This document shows positions 1-13,545 of a stretch of 64,000 nucleotides of DNA, in pieces. Made by a program: the position numbers and the translations under genes. Below the pieces are notes generated by a model that saw only the letters and a program-made list of their open reading frames with translations, did not search any database and was not told where the DNA came from. The DNA is from Hydrolagus colliei (Eukaryota): positions 4,278,001 to 4,342,000 of the forward strand of contig CM068748.1 of the NCBI GenBank assembly GCA_035084275.1, in the 5' to 3' direction. Within the stretch, counting starts at the first letter, position 1; the number at the start of each line of letters is the position of its first letter.

Positions 1-594
1 GTTTGAGACCTGGAATGTAGAATGTACATTGGAGCCATGTGTAATGATAACTGAAGATCATACTGAGCATGAAGAATAAGTATTTATTAGAGTAAAACAA
101 CTTTTATCAGCTGTCAGACCCACTGCTAACGAGGACGTAATAATGCACATTGTAAAATTGCTTTGGCAGTTGCCCTGCGTCCACTCATTGAAAGCCTATT
201 TTTCGTGGTCTCAGTAAATTACTTTTGTTTTATTCATCTGCTTCCAACACACATGATAATGAAATTAAATGGTCCAGGGCAATGGTCAGTCAATGAGAGA
301 GGGGCAAGAGGTTACAGTCTTCTAGTTAAACTAGGATGGCTCAGATTTTAAACCAACAAATTGATATATTTTCTTATCTGCCCAGATTAATAATGAATGG
401 ACATCTCAAGCACTTTTTGCTGTCATTCAGTGGAAAATGTTACTCATTTAAGGCGGTCGATGTACGTGTGAGTATACACTAGAAAGAGAGAATATGTAAT
501 TCACTGGAAATAAAAGTACCATTTATTTTGCATTGATATAGCATCTATACATTAAAATTGTAATTACCATCAAATAGAGTGATTATGTATTTAT

Positions 595-660
595 AGGCGA
601 ATGTGGCTGCCATTCTGCTCACAGTGAGGTCCAAGAAACAGCAATGAAGTGAATGAAACA
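595..660 (-). mobile_element. Degenerate Deu-domain SINE fragment
   Basis: atgtggctgccattctgctcacagtgaggtccaagaaacagcaatg resembles the gcagccaatttgcgcacagcaa..cccacaaacagcaatg body segment seen in other copies here (6010-6035, 27120-27160). Confidence 0.5.
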
Positions 661-1654
661 TTTATGAAGCATTGTTAGTCAGTACACGAGAGAAAATCAA
701 CTGCATTAAATCTGTACAGTATTATTTTTTCATGCCACCCATTTAATGCTAAACAAAAACACCCGATTAATTGACTCTGGCAATTGTATTGATTTTCACC
801 TTCTGAGGCAATAATGTCTATCTATCACAGCAAGCTGGCATGTCCATTGGCTTAAACCAGGCAAGGATAGACCAGCCCACCAAAAAAAAAGCCAGCCAAC
901 CACGTGGGTTTAGCATTATTGGCCTGTCTGAATTCTACTCAAAGATTGGGGGAAGCTCCAAAACAAGAAAAATAAAAAGTCCTGAATTGTGAGTTGAAAA
1001 CAAAGTGAATTCCAGGTAGCAAAAGCCTCGGGTTGCCTGAGCTTCATTTGAATTGGTTCTTAAGTTATCATTAAGCTAAATGCAGCAGTTAGTTCTTCAT
1101 TCGTCTTATTGCCATGGTGATGGTTAGCAGGAGAAGGGGGAAGAGGAAGAAGAGTGTCAGGGGTAAAGCAGTCTGTAGCTCTCAGACACCTTGGTGCCAA
1201 GGACAATTACTGAGGCCTTACACAACCTACTAATTGAGCGATTAGATTTTTTTGCTCAGCTTCCCACAGCTGAGATGATTCTTACACAGAATATATTGTT
1301 TCATACCTCCCTCACTGATCTTTTTCTGTAAACTCAGGTTATTAATAGTTACATGTCTCACCATTTCTCAATTCTTTAGATTCAGTTTCAGAAAAATAAG
1401 GAAATCCACATGATGTTGGCTAATGTCATTCACTTGTTTCCTGTCTGAAGTGAGGCTGAGAGGTATATTATCCACAAAACTGGAAAACTAAAGGAAATCG
1501 TTTTGTAAATAAAATACATTTCCTCAGTTGCCCTTGACGTCAGGAAACACTAGTGGACGGTATTGAGCAAATGGAACAGGTTTAGATACTTTCTGTCAAC
1601 CGAAAATTTATCAACAGTCGTAATTTCAATGCAAATGCAAACATAATATTTACT

Positions 1655-1715
1655 ATAAAGTGTAGGCAAATACAATAGCCAATTTGTGAACAGCAATGTC
1701 CCACATAGAGCTAAG
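1655..1715 (-). mobile_element. Degenerate Deu-domain SINE fragment
   Basis: gtgtaggcaaatacaatagccaatttgtgaacagcaatgtcccaca matches the same SINE body segment. Confidence 0.5.
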
Positions 1716-2530
1716 AAGTAAAACGAGCATGATACAAATAGTAAGTCCCTTATCCATTCAATTAGTGCTTGCGATTTTCAGCATCCATCAGAACAGCCTT
1801 ATTCTGAATGTTTTATCTATTAATCATTAAGATCACTATTGCTGAAGTCACATTGGCAAGACACTTTATAAATATTGCCTTGCCTGTTTCAACTGGATCA
1901 GTGGTATAAATGGGGATGGCGACAGTCAGTATAGTGAAAAGCACAATTGGATTCCTTGTTGTGTTGTGATACCCCATATCTTGGGTATGGATTATTATAA
2001 TCCCAGAATGTGATCCAGGAATGATGCCGTTTGAACTCTTGCTAATCTCTGTTCCTCTTCCTTTTTTTAATGGGCTTCTGCTAATATAACTATGCGGCAG
2101 CCATTTTTTCAGGAAAATAATGTTCTCTCAATTATCATCCATTAAATACTTCTTGAGGATGATTTAGAGGAAGTGAAAACAGATGTAAACCATTTTCACG
2201 GAAGTCTGTCATTTGCGGGATATTTATCTGTTGTAAATAGCACACAGAGGAGGAGTTGTGCTAGGTTTGTGGAGAATGGGTCTCTAGTTGAAAGACTGAC
2301 TTTTCTGAAACTAGTGGAAAAATTGCACATGTCACAGTGAGAATAATGTAGGGTTACAAAACTTCTGCACTGTAAGAGTGGTGGATAATGTTGAAGTCAC
2401 CAATTGTACTGGTAGAATCATAACTCTTTTGAAAATTGGGCCTCTTATAAGTAACTTACACTGAAGTCTATTTCCATAGAGTTTTAACAATCTACCTGCC
2501 AAATGCTTTCATATTTTGTATATTGCTTAG

Positions 2531-2636
2531 AAAATATACAGTCAATTCACTTTACAGTGTATTCTGTGAAGTGCTTTGAGGCACCTCAACAACATGGTAA
2601 GGCACTACATCGAATGCAAGGATAATTATTATATTA
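2531..2636 (+). mobile_element. SINE 3' fragment (L2-type tail)
   Basis: aaatatacagtcaattcactttacagt..ttctgtgaagtgctttgag..gcaaggataattatt, closely matching the 3' half of the full copy at 4741-5055. Confidence 0.85.
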
Positions 2637-3347
2637 GTAAGTGTGTCTTATAGGGAAAGTTTACTACACTTTTTATCTGTATAATTAACTATTTCCCTAA
2701 ATCTTGTTTCTTATTTTCTCATGCAGGAAGTTGGTGAATACCAATGGAGAAGGGGATTCATGATACAACTGTGTACAGTACTTTCAACTGCAAACAAAAT
2801 GAAGCACACAGTTTCAAGCAATCAACTTCAGTGAATCTGCTGGGTCTAACCATTTCTATTCACGCAAGATGCATTGTTTTTATATCAATCAGTTACTTAA
2901 GTGTATTAATATGCAAAAGACTGTATTAAGATTCTGCTTCAAATAATAAAATATAGGTCAACAAAAGGGACACTGTCTCTTTAAGGCTACATATTAGAGC
3001 AATCATAATGATTCATTGTCTTTGTCTAACGACATGATCTCCTTCTAGAGACAGAACAGTGGGCGTTGGAAAATATACAGCAGCCCACCATGGTCAGTAT
3101 GAGGCATAACAGGAAATGACTGTGGGTGTTAGCCTTGTCAGAAATACTTGGACAAAATGCTGACTTTGCAGATAAGAAGCCAACATTGAAATGTGGGAAA
3201 ACTATTAAAATACTTATGATTATCATTTGGGAAACTGTGCTCCGCTTACTGAACAAGCATGAATGCAAATAGCAAGACTACCAGGCTCTTTTACATCTAG
3301 CTCCTCACATCCGTACAGGAATGCTGGCAAAATTTCACCAGCTTTGA

Positions 3348-3480
3348 TTATAGTTTTATACATTCATGTAAATTTAGTTTTATGCATTCTATAATTTCAT
3401 TTTATGATTGCACATAAAATAGCTGAATTTTATGTATACCTGTTACTCGAGTTTTATGTATTTGATAATTTCATTCCTTA
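3348..3480. repeat. Degenerate AT-rich minisatellite
   Basis: Recurrent unit agttttat(a/g)(c/t)att at ~3352, 3376, 3427 and 3450; ataatttcatt occurs twice. Confidence 0.55.
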
Positions 3481-4740
3481 ATTTCTTATATAGTTTAGAA
3501 ATTTTACAATTTCACATGAAAAAGAGCTGACATCACAAATATCATGGTTTTGATTTCTATTACAGTTAAAACAGTGCAGTCATCTGCCCATAATAGTTAC
3601 TGTCTCACGTCTAATTTTCTTGCCTAGTCGTAGATATGGATTTAAAATATTTTACAGCTCCTTCCTGTAATGTTCCTTTCCTCATCTGATGGTCAAACTC
3701 ATATTCTGTCAGTGATGGAAAGTTATAACTAATATCACTCATGTTAAAAGTTGTGTCTATATTAAAAGGAAAAATGGGCTCAGTCTCATTTGTCTGTAAT
3801 GATAGTCTAAAAACTTGATTCAACGCAGCTTATATTGCGTACAGTTGCATTTATTAAAACATTATTTTTTTAAAAACTCCTAAAGAAGGACACATGATGA
3901 AAACATAGAATAGAGCTATCTGAATGGTCGCTGTAACAATGAAGACCAAAGCATTGTATAAGTCCCTTTAAAGACAGTTTAGGAAATTTAAAATTGCCAG
4001 TCTCTTCTTCTGCAAAAAAAACACTTGGAAATAGATATATCAGTAAGCAGATTACTGCAAATGCAATGAAAAAATATTAAATAATTCTAAAAAGGGAGGA
4101 TAACACAGTTTTCTGTTTTTGTAGATTTCAGTATATCTGTGAAAGAACAGAGAAAAGGACACTGCTACTTTGAATGGTAGTTATTACTTTTCTGTTCATT
4201 TTTGGATCATTTGCTTGTCAAAAGGGCCTTTAAGTTTAAATACAAAAAAAGTGCTTTAAGATATTAAACTCTGTTGTTAAAATAAATAAATTCACTAATG
4301 CCGTTTCTCACAGATGTAGAAAGGATTTCTAGAATCCATGCCAGCTCCTATTTAATCCCAGATGTCTACGGAAAAAAAAGATAACAGTAAATGAAAACAT
4401 ATGTGGAGCATGAATTCCCACTCTAAACGGCTGATTTCATGGTTTAAACTAAGGAGGAGCTATTTTTTTCAAACAGTAATGAATTAGATTAAATTTTAGC
4501 CCTGTGATTTATAAATATAATTTAAAGTGAAGGTTAGTGAAGAGAATGTTTATAACTACTCAGATTTGTATTCAACAATCAGTTTGATACTCAAAGAAAT
4601 GTTCATTGTTGTGGCAAAACTGGCTGAGCCACAACAGCATGCACTTATGTTTCTGTGAGGACTGAAGGTCACACACAAATTGGAGCAATTTCACAAACTA
4701 TACTACTTTTAACCGCAAAGTTAACTAACTAGTGCAAACT

Positions 4741-5055
4741 TGTGGAGTCCTGTAGTTCAGTGGTTAAAGCACTCGCCACGCAAGCAAGAAAACTGGGTTC
4801 GATTCCCAGCAGTGCAAAACTTTCAGCGTTTCCTTACTCGACACGCCTGATAATAATCCCTCAAGAAGGGAAAACAATAATAAATTGGGCATGTCAATCT
4901 ACAACTGTTTGTGGGACACTGCTGTGCACAATTGGTGTTGCCACGAAATATACAGTCAATTCACTTTACAGTATATTCTGTGAAGCGCTTTGAAATGTCT
5001 AGAAGATGTGAAAAATGCTACAACAAATTCAAGCATTATTTATTATTATTATTAT
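4741..5055 (+). mobile_element. Full-length tRNA-derived SINE (SINE2-1_CM-like)
   Basis: A-box tagttcagtgg, B-box ggttcgattccc, body, L2-like 3' end gtgaagcgctttga..caagc and (att)n tail; multiple homologous copies in the window. Confidence 0.9.
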
Positions 5056-5614
5056 AAACTTAAATCCACTCCTCCACGAAACATTGATATACGCTTGTCC
5101 CAAGCCAGTTATACTCCTGCTCAGCATCCCATAACAGTCCTCTGACACACATGGCGCTCAGTTTATGATCTCACTCAGGGAGGCCCTGAGGATAGCTTTG
5201 TGTGGCAAATGGAACACGATTTGCAATCTCACCTCACCTGAGAGGCAAGCACAAGAAAATGGAACGACCCCATTGATGCAAGAGGAGGTGCTTTCTGATC
5301 TTCGGGTTAAAGCAGGTTGGAACAAAGTTACAAAAGTTTTACTTTGGATCAAATCTTTACGTATATCTGACCAGGGTGCTACAGGTTGTCACTAAGAGTT
5401 GAATGTGCACAATTTTTATGGGATTCTTTAATAAAAAGCTCCCTCTGATAAGTGTGCAGAATATCTACTATAACAAAGGTTGCCCAGTATTGAAATCTGT
5501 TGTTTTGATAAATGTAAAATATTTGCAGGAACAAAGCTAAAAAAACAACAAATCCAGTTGCTTACAATGCTTATATGGCAAAGAAACAATTTAGGCATCA
5601 TTGTGAGTCAATAG

Positions 5615-5697
5615 AGTATATTCCGTGAAGCGTTTTGAGACGTCGATAAGATCTGAAAAGCATTACATCAAATTCAAGGAGTATTATCATTATTATG
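5615..5697 (+). mobile_element. SINE 3' fragment
   Basis: gtatattccgtgaagcgttttgagacgtc..caaattcaaggagtattatcattatt. Confidence 0.8.
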
Positions 5698-5744
5698 TGG
5701 ATAAAATAATCAGTAGTGCATATTACATACAAATTAACAATCAA

Positions 5745-5880
5745 TAATCAATAATCCTTGCTTTTCATTCAGCGACTTCCATGTCGCCAGGATGTCTCAA
5801 AGCGCTTCACGGAAGTTTCTGTGATGTGTAGTGACTGTGTAATTTGGGGGCTAGATATGGCAGTCAATTCGCACACACAC
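5745..5880 (-). mobile_element. SINE 3' fragment (older subfamily)
   Basis: aataatccttgc..gatgtctcaaagcgcttcac..atggcagtcaattcgcacac is the reverse complement of the SINE tail. Confidence 0.8.
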
Positions 5881-5896
5881 AACACCTAAGAAGTTA

Positions 5897-6115
5897 TGAT
5901 AATAATAATCCTTGCATTCGATGGAGCACCTTATCACATCTTCGAGACGTCTCAAAGCGCTTCACAGAATATACTGTAAAGTGAATTGACAGTCTATTTT
6001 GTGGTGAAATGTGGCAGCCAATTACACACAGCAATGGTCAATTTTATCTGGTGGATTGTTGGTCAGGACAACAGGAGAAATTCCCTTTAAAATAGTGCCC
6101 ATGGGATCTTTAATT
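5897..6115 (-). mobile_element. SINE 3' half extending into Deu-like domain
   Basis: Reverse-complement SINE tail followed by aatagtgcccatgggatctttaa, a motif recalled from DeuSINE (AmnSINE/SacSINE) consensus. Confidence 0.8.
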
Positions 6116-6941
6116 TCCTTCTCGCTGACTTCCACCAGCAGCCCCATCCCATATTATGACACCAAACTCATTATCCAGCATCCACGAAAGTGCCTAGTTA
6201 AAGTTACTGGATTCAGGATTCAAAATAATACCACCAAAGCTATTCAAAATTATTAACATAAAATTGTCATAAATAGAATCACATTCTTAGTGGGAAATGG
6301 AATATATTTCATGCATGAGTACCCTGTATAACTCCCATATAATTTACATATCTCATTTGAAACATTTGGTATCCCCTCGTAATGCACCCAATTGATACAA
6401 TGCAATGCAATTTTGTGAAGATGTAACCATTTTGCATTAATTTTGTGAACTCTCATGGCATTTGAAAGGATGGTTATCAAATGATATAATTGCTTCAGAT
6501 AATATGGCAGCCATTCCTCTGGTCACTAATCTTAGCAAAAATAGATGTGGGTAAACAGGAATGGATTGTTTGAGAGATCTTAGAAAGGGTTAAGCTTGCA
6601 CTGAGCATTCAAATCTCTCAAAAATGAGAATAAAAAAGTAGCAAAAAGGAGGGGTGGGGGGTGGGAAACTAATTTCACTTGTTAAAAGAAGTCCTCCATT
6701 GTTTTAGAATTCACCAAAAGTACATCAAACCAAATTAAAATAGCAGAGTGTTTTTTTTAAATGGTCAACTGGATGTGCCTGTTTTATTCCATATAAACTA
6801 TGGTGCAGGTTATCGCTCAAAGTTACCCCCTGATCTGTGTGAGCCTACAACAGTGGGTAGTAGTGAGGTTTCAGAATCCTTCTGGCTGCAAAATTTCTAC
6901 AAGAAAATTATTGTCTACCAACAGGGCCAATATCGCAATTA

Positions 6942-7092
6942 AAGGACAACACCTACAAAAAGCAGCGCTCCCCTTATAGCACTGGAATGCAAACCTAAAC
7001 TGTGAATTAAAAATCCCTTACACAGAACTTGAACCCGCACTCTTCTGCCTCAAAGGCACAAGTACAACTAAATTGAGACAAGCTAACATTAT
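6942..7092 (-). mobile_element. DeuSINE (SacSINE1-like) 5' part with tRNA-like head
   Basis: gcagcgctcccc..gcactggaatg..cctaaactgtg..acttgaacccgcactcttctgcctcaaaggcacaag..ctaaattgagacaagctaaca resembles the reverse complement of a DeuSINE head (B-box gggttcaagt). Confidence 0.7.
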
Positions 7093-8159
7093 TGTAATAA
7101 GGATCCTTTTTTAAGCCAATAATACCCCTACAGTTCCTACACTCAGCATTTAAGCATGTTGGATGTTCTATATTTATAATCATTCTACTATTAACATTAT
7201 TTTGTTTTCTGAACTCAAGTGCTTCCAAGATCTACATTTATAACATCTACGTAGAAACAAATTCCAGGATTAGCTTTCAAAGCTCAATGAAAGGAGGTGT
7301 TCGTACTATTTCTAGTAGGCTAGGAGTAAGAAAATATTGTCATTATTAAAAAAAACTTTGAGATTGTTTTTTATACTCTGACACCTTTTTGATTTATATT
7401 TACTGCTTTAATTGGCTTGGCTTCAGACTGAATCACAGCCACTCAAGATGCAGGCTTCAGGTTCTCAGTAATTGAATCTGTTGAGATAAAAAAATTTGGA
7501 TGTGGTATATTCTACTTAAGAGTAATCTATAATTATTATTATATATTTACTTACATTTTCTTTGCCATATGGCACCATTTTGTTCTCGTTACTGTAATTT
7601 CTAATGTAAATGATATAATTACATCCACCTTCCCTAATGAGAGGTCTGCATAAATTGCTTAGGATACTGTACGTGAAACAGTCACTCACACGTGATACCT
7701 TACCTTATTTTGGCAGATGTAAAGGCTGTTTTGTTTTAAATCACAGAGTGGAGACTCCTCTAACTTATTTGATAAACAGATACATTCATTTCAATTGTGC
7801 ATCAAATATCAATGTTTGTACGAAGTTGTTATAATAATTCAATATTTAATTCAGGTTATCTACACATTTGTTTAAATAGAGGTTCTCAAGTGGGATCTGT
7901 GCGAGAGGGTCAAGACTATAACACATTTCGACCGCTATAACATTAATTAAAATTGTTCTATTGACTTGGTTTAATGAAAGGTTCACTAACACACTAACTA
8001 ATAACGAAGAATGTTATTTTTTGTTGATGGGAAAGATCAGACGTTCCGGAAAATAGAGAAAACACATTTCCAAGCTTTGTGTCAAAGATTTGTCCCAATT
8101 AAAAAAAAACAAGCCTTGGCAAGAATTCTCAAGAGATACAAGTTATCCCCTTAGAAGTA

Positions 8160-8345
8160 AGAATCAAAGAGGAACCTCAGCCACTTGATCTCATCTTTCC
8201 ACAACACAAATGCTACCATCCACCCAATACATTCATTAAACTGATCTTAAATGAGTCCAGTGTCCCGGTTCCTTACCACCTCTTCTGGTAACCTGTGCCT
8301 CCTATCGATTTATCTCTGCAAATAAATAATCTTGGCCCGCTGCCT
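8160..8345 (-). mobile_element. Highly degenerate CR1 LINE 3' end
   Basis: cagccacttgatctc..tcttaaatg..ccacctcttctggtaacctgtgcc..ctctgcaaataaataa resembles the reverse complement of the CR1 FF.QRV..WN.LP..FK region. Confidence 0.4.
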
Positions 8346-9519
8346 CACATCCAGTTAAGCGGAAACATTGGCCAGGAGTTATCATTGTGATGATACTAAA
8401 ACTGGTTACCACTGGGAGAAAATGTAGAATGAAGAAGAAAGTTTTTCAACATGCAGTGAAGCAACCCAACAACATCAATCCTCTATGGAGCACACTTATC
8501 AGTAACACTTTGGACCTAATCCAGTCTCACAAACCTTGAGGCATAGTTCTCATCATTTCAGTTTTCTAATATAGTTAAATGCACATATTTAATTCCAATG
8601 GTGTGGTTTTCAAAATATGTATATATTATGATTCAGAAACAGCAGGAATCCTAGATTCTGTTCATTTTTATTATAGTTTACCCTCATCTTTTCAAAGGCC
8701 AATCCGTTTTTTTTGAAAGAAATTCTATGATGTGGTATTTCCCTTGCTGTTAAGTATAACATTCTAGCAGTGTATTCAACTAATGTGTTTCAAACATTCT
8801 CATGCCCTGTGAGATAGCGGTCACATTCCCCCTCACACACTACCAAAACTTTCCCCTTCTCCATTTGCATTTTGGGGTCTGATTTCTCCAAGTCAGAAAA
8901 TCAACAATTGCTCTCTGAGCCATGTTCATCAAATGATTTCCCTCTGTGCAATGCTTGTCCTTCACATGGACCTTTTTTTTAAAAAAAAACACAACTCAGT
9001 TGGTTCAAAAGCCATTTTAGGTGTGAACTATACATTGGGGTCTAATTTGCTGTATTTTATACCAATAATACCTAATAAGGAATCCAAATGGTACAAACTA
9101 GGATTCCTTCTGATAACCGGTTATGGCAAGTATAGGAACTAATCCCATGTGATCTGTCCGGCCATTTGCATTCTAACAGGGTTCCTTATTAAATAATCAG
9201 ATTATGAAATGCTACAAGTTGACTCTGTTACTGAAAGTGCATTGCCATTTTGCTCTGTTTTCATTAACTCTATTAAAATTGCATCTGTCACAGATGGCAT
9301 TTAGGAAAAAATGCAATTTCATTATTGTTCCATTATAAATGTGTTAAACTGGACTAACTTTCCAATTTTACTGGGTAGAGGAATATGAGGTGGGTTAGGT
9401 TATTGTAACTTGTTACAAAACTGAATTCTTTTGATATATTTGGTGAAATTTGAATTGGATACATGACTTTCTCAGAGGACGTAGGCACTGGGTCATAATA
9501 AATGGATGTTCATCTTTTT

Positions 9520-9720
9520 ATAACAGCACCTCTGCACAGGTCCCCTAGGGAAGTTGCTTGGCCTCAATCTGTTCATCATCTTCATCAACGACCAGCTGCT
9601 CACCTGCCACACCATCAAAAATGTTATTGTTATATTTGCTGACAATGGCATTACCTGCAGATTGCTTAACTCTTCATCTGAAAGAAAAGCAATGGCTGTA
9701 TCACTGCAGGCTTTTGCAGG
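9520..9720 (+). mobile_element. LINE reverse transcriptase fragment (CR1/L2 clade)
   Basis: ORF 9554 reads LGLNLFIIFINDQL..VIFADNG, preceded by ggtcccctaggg: decayed GVPQGS.LGP.LF.I.INDL..FADD motifs. Confidence 0.7.
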
Positions 9721-10084
9721 CAAAATCGTGATATTGGATTGGAGGATGCTTATTTACCTTCAAGACCACTTCATTTCAACAAACATTTGTTGGGTTTAAC
9801 CTGACTTTCCATCTGAGCCACGGTGAGTCAATAAAAGAAGAAATTATACTTGAAACCAGCAAGTGTAGATTTAAAAGTAAACAGAGCTTCAAGTAAAAGT
9901 AGATATTAGAATTGGTTTCCCTCCACATACAAGCTATATTAGCGCAAGCCCAATTATATTGGATGATGATAATAGTTTTGTTGATAAATTTATTCATCAG
10001 TAAAATTACGTATTATTTAAGAATGGAATTGGAGTCATTGAGATGAAGGAGAGGACATTGACGTTCTTAACTAGATATAGAATA

Positions 10085-10240
10085 ATATGAGAGAGCCAGT
10101 GTAACATTAATGGAAGGGAAGTCTTGCCTAACAAATCTATTACTATTGTGCATGGTGAAAAGAGGAACTCTGGATATTTGCATATAAGGATTTTAGCAAA
10201 TCCATGGACTCTGTGCCACATAAGAGACATAACATGAGGA
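10085..10240 (+). mobile_element. CR1 LINE RT fragment
   Basis: gggaagtcttgcctaacaaatctatta = GKSCLTNLL; gattttagcaaatccatggactctgtgccacataagaga = DFSKSMDSVPHKR (CR1 consensus DFSKAFDKVPH.RL). Confidence 0.8.
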
Positions 10241-10439
10241 AGCGTCTACCAAGGTGTGGATTTGACTGGAAATGAGCTAGGTTTCACTTTGTAATTAACA
10301 GTTTCAGGCTTAGGACAGCGTACAGTTTATCCTGTAAAGAGCATTGAAATGTCCTCCCAACAAGAAAGGTCCTACATTAAATACAAGGAATATTAATATT
10401 ATTATTGTTTCCTTTCTACATAAAGCATTTGGAAATGAA

Positions 10440-10665
10440 GATGCAAACAAGGTTAATGAGGTTGGTTGTTGATACCAGATTGGGGAGTTGCAGTTGCTAA
10501 CAGTGGTGAAAAGCTTTCGTGTTTGAGAATACATCCCACATCACTGCTTTTCAAAGCCAGCCTTCTTCCCTCCATTGACAGGTTTTGTAATCTCCTCATG
10601 AAGTTTTGGAGTAAAGGGAATCCAGATTTTAATAATGTAGATGTGGCGAGTGTTTTCATTAAATG
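10440..10665 (-). mobile_element. Possible degenerate CR1 ORF2 C-terminal fragment
   Basis: Minus strand aaaacactcgccacatctacatt..aaatctgg and catgaggagattacaaaacctg loosely resemble the LY..LVRPHLEYC..W / YEERL..L region. Confidence 0.35.
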
Positions 10666-13392
10666 TTAGTACAGTATTATGTTATTATTATATCTTAGCA
10701 GGTCTATTAATCCCAAAGCCCTGCTCTTGCATCATAAGCTTCAACACCAATACCCCAAACTATCATCTTATCTTCCATTCAAACATGTTGGTCCAAATGT
10801 TCTTCGTATTCCATGCATTATGTCCTTAACCAACCTTATGTGTGCAATATGTATCTATTCAGCAATAACATATCATTATCTATTTGATTGCTTCAGGAAA
10901 TACCTGTGCAGTATTTTGCTCTTAGATTTAACAATAAGCAGAATCATCAAGAGGTCACATACACTGCAGCATTGCAGAATAAAGGCCTTTACTAACTTTA
11001 TAAACAGACCAGCACCACAAAATCATGTATGCTTTTGCAAGATCTCCATCTTCATGTCAGGTACACAACAGAGCTGCAGCTGCACTCAACAAAAATCACT
11101 CTGATGAGAATATCAATGTCAAAGCTTTACAAATTGTTTCTGCTGCCTGTATAATTCTGATCCAGATGTGTACACAAGATCAAATACAGATTAACCACCA
11201 TCAGGTTGCTGAAGCATGTATTAGGCCACTGGAATGCTTTGGATTTCGCCCCACAACATCCCAACACATATTCTCTAGTTATTTTTATGCTCACAGCAAC
11301 CACCAGAGGAAACTGTGTGAGACATTTGCCCTCGTTACTATTGCCTCTGGCTGCACCCTGTTGCTACGCCACCTAATATGCAACAGCAGTAAATGTGCAC
11401 AGCCATTTTGTGTGCTTTACAATCCTCACGTGTGCAGTTAACATCATGCAACAAGTTGATTTGTGGCTAGCATCTGTGACTGGTACCACAAAGGTAGGTC
11501 CTTTATAAAAATAAGAACAAATTATGGAGTATGCAACTGATATGTGGTAGCTGTGTGGGGAAGATTTACACATTGAAATCCTGAAAGCTTTGAGCGTATA
11601 TGTGTGGTGGGGGGAGCAAAAGTCAATGGATCTGATTGATTGAAAGAGGCTGTAAATCTGATTCTCTAGTATTTAGTGATGACTTGAGAGGGAACAGTAA
11701 CCGATATGACTTTTGGCCTAATAGAATACAGTATCTAACAAAATCTCAAAGCTCATCTTTTGTAACTATTCTATTAAACCAAAAGTCAAAGTACTTTCTT
11801 TCTTACAAATATTATTACACTTATGGTACAAACCATATTCAGAATATATTGTTTAGGTACTGTAACAATTTAAATATGAATCCAACAGGAAAGGGTATAC
11901 TTTATACAAGTATTTCTAGACTTTTTTCACTTTTTTTCTCTCTCAGAACAAGGAAACTTTTACTTCCAGGTAATTTCTTATACAAACCAAACCTATCCTT
12001 TGCTTTTCCTAAATTGCGTCAATGTTTCAAAGTTGAATCATTTGATGTAAGCCCTTGTCAGTATGTTTGTTTTGTTTTAAATGGGAGAATTTTAAACATA
12101 CATGACATATATATGGTTCCTCTTGATTATAGACTCAATAATGTGCTACATTTCTTTCTGCCAGCACAGTGTTGAACAGTGTAATTCATGTCCCAGCCAT
12201 GCAACCTTATGGGTGAATCGGGTGCCTGCTTATAGGTGCGTTGGGAAGACCACGTACCCAGGTAAAAACACAAGGAAACACTGACTCAACCAAAACTCAA
12301 TTGTTTGCTGTAATACAGTGTTTCCAAACAAAACCATCAGGGATTGGCTATTCCTAACTGGATGGCCTGGATTTCCACATGTTTCATGAGAGCATTGGGC
12401 ATACGAATTGCAAGCCATGAGCCTTATTGATATGGTGAAAGTTACAGATACCAGATGCCAGGCTGCAGGGAATCTTGTACACAAGGAAAGTAGAAAATGG
12501 ATTGCACTATTTCGTAAAAGAAAGGTGTCGCTGAACAAAGAAATACAAGACTATTTTTGTATTTTTGCGAATAAACTTGGAATTGCTGCATTGGAGCAAT
12601 AGATTAAATTAACGTCGAAAAAAATAGATACAGAGCTGCATCAATGATTTGCAAAACTAACCCTTTTAAACTTTCTGATGTTCGATTTCAAATTCCAATT
12701 GACTAAATCTAGATTGATAGACAATTATAAATAGTTTTGCAAACAGTATTATTATGTAGTTTCCTTGCAACATCTTGGAGCAATAGGTACTAGAAGTAAT
12801 GTGAAATACACTTCTATCTATTGCAGTAAGAATTGATTGTGAATTCCTGTATTGTGACCAACAAGTTTTGTCAATGATTACCAACAGGTTATGATCATAG
12901 TTACGAAATGAAACAAAGACCGGACAGATTCAGGGCATTTTTTCTTCGAATGACACTTCTGCTGTTCTCTCACACAACTTCATTAAAAGCACATCATATT
13001 TTGGAAACACTTGGGGGTGTTGATGAAAACTGTGAATTGGATCTGTTCCAACCAACAACCACATGGAAGATTCCATAGACTTAAGACTCCCTTGAGGACT
13101 TCCTTTGTCTTGAAACTTCTGTTTTGAATATCAAAACCGCTGTTTTCAATGAGTTGTTCATATTTTTTAAAGGATTGTTCGTTATTTGGTACTTTCAATC
13201 CGTACTATTTCTTTTTAACAGGAGGACATCAGGAGAACATGGTGTGTAGAGGACATTCTACACACCATCAAGTAGTAATAAATGGTATGTGTTGAATCTA
13301 CATAGCCATAATGCACATAATGTTTTTTATCCTGTCTGCCGGGGGATTTAATGATAACAATTTACATTTGGGGTCCTTCCTCCTGGGTCATA

Positions 13393-13545
13393 TAGACTCC
13401 TATTGTGGTTAAAGCGCTCGTCTCACAAGCGAGTTTGATTCCCAGCAGGGCAAAACAGTGGGCACGTTTTCTTATTCCACACGCCTCTGTTTACCTAGCA
13501 GTAAGTAGGAACCCAACTATTAGTCAATTGGTGGATCACTTTTCA
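13393..13545 (+). mobile_element. tRNA-derived SINE 5' part, variant body
   Basis: gtggttaaagcgctcg..tttgattcccagcagggcaaaac head shared with 4741, then ctgtttacctagcagtaagtaggaaccc (CORE-like body). Confidence 0.8.

Noticed and set aside
4741-4815. tRNA-like sequences (also 27240-27316, 27438-27515, 39955-40030)
   Set aside because: SINE heads with A/B boxes; they lack a proper cloverleaf and mostly run into SINE bodies.
11025-11500. FGFRP and ggtaccacaaagg as a possible RT remnant
   Set aside because: Motifs too short and degenerate to support a call.
11636-12175. 179-aa plus-strand ORF
   Set aside because: Non-ATG start, composition typical of AT-rich non-coding DNA, and no motif or splice support.
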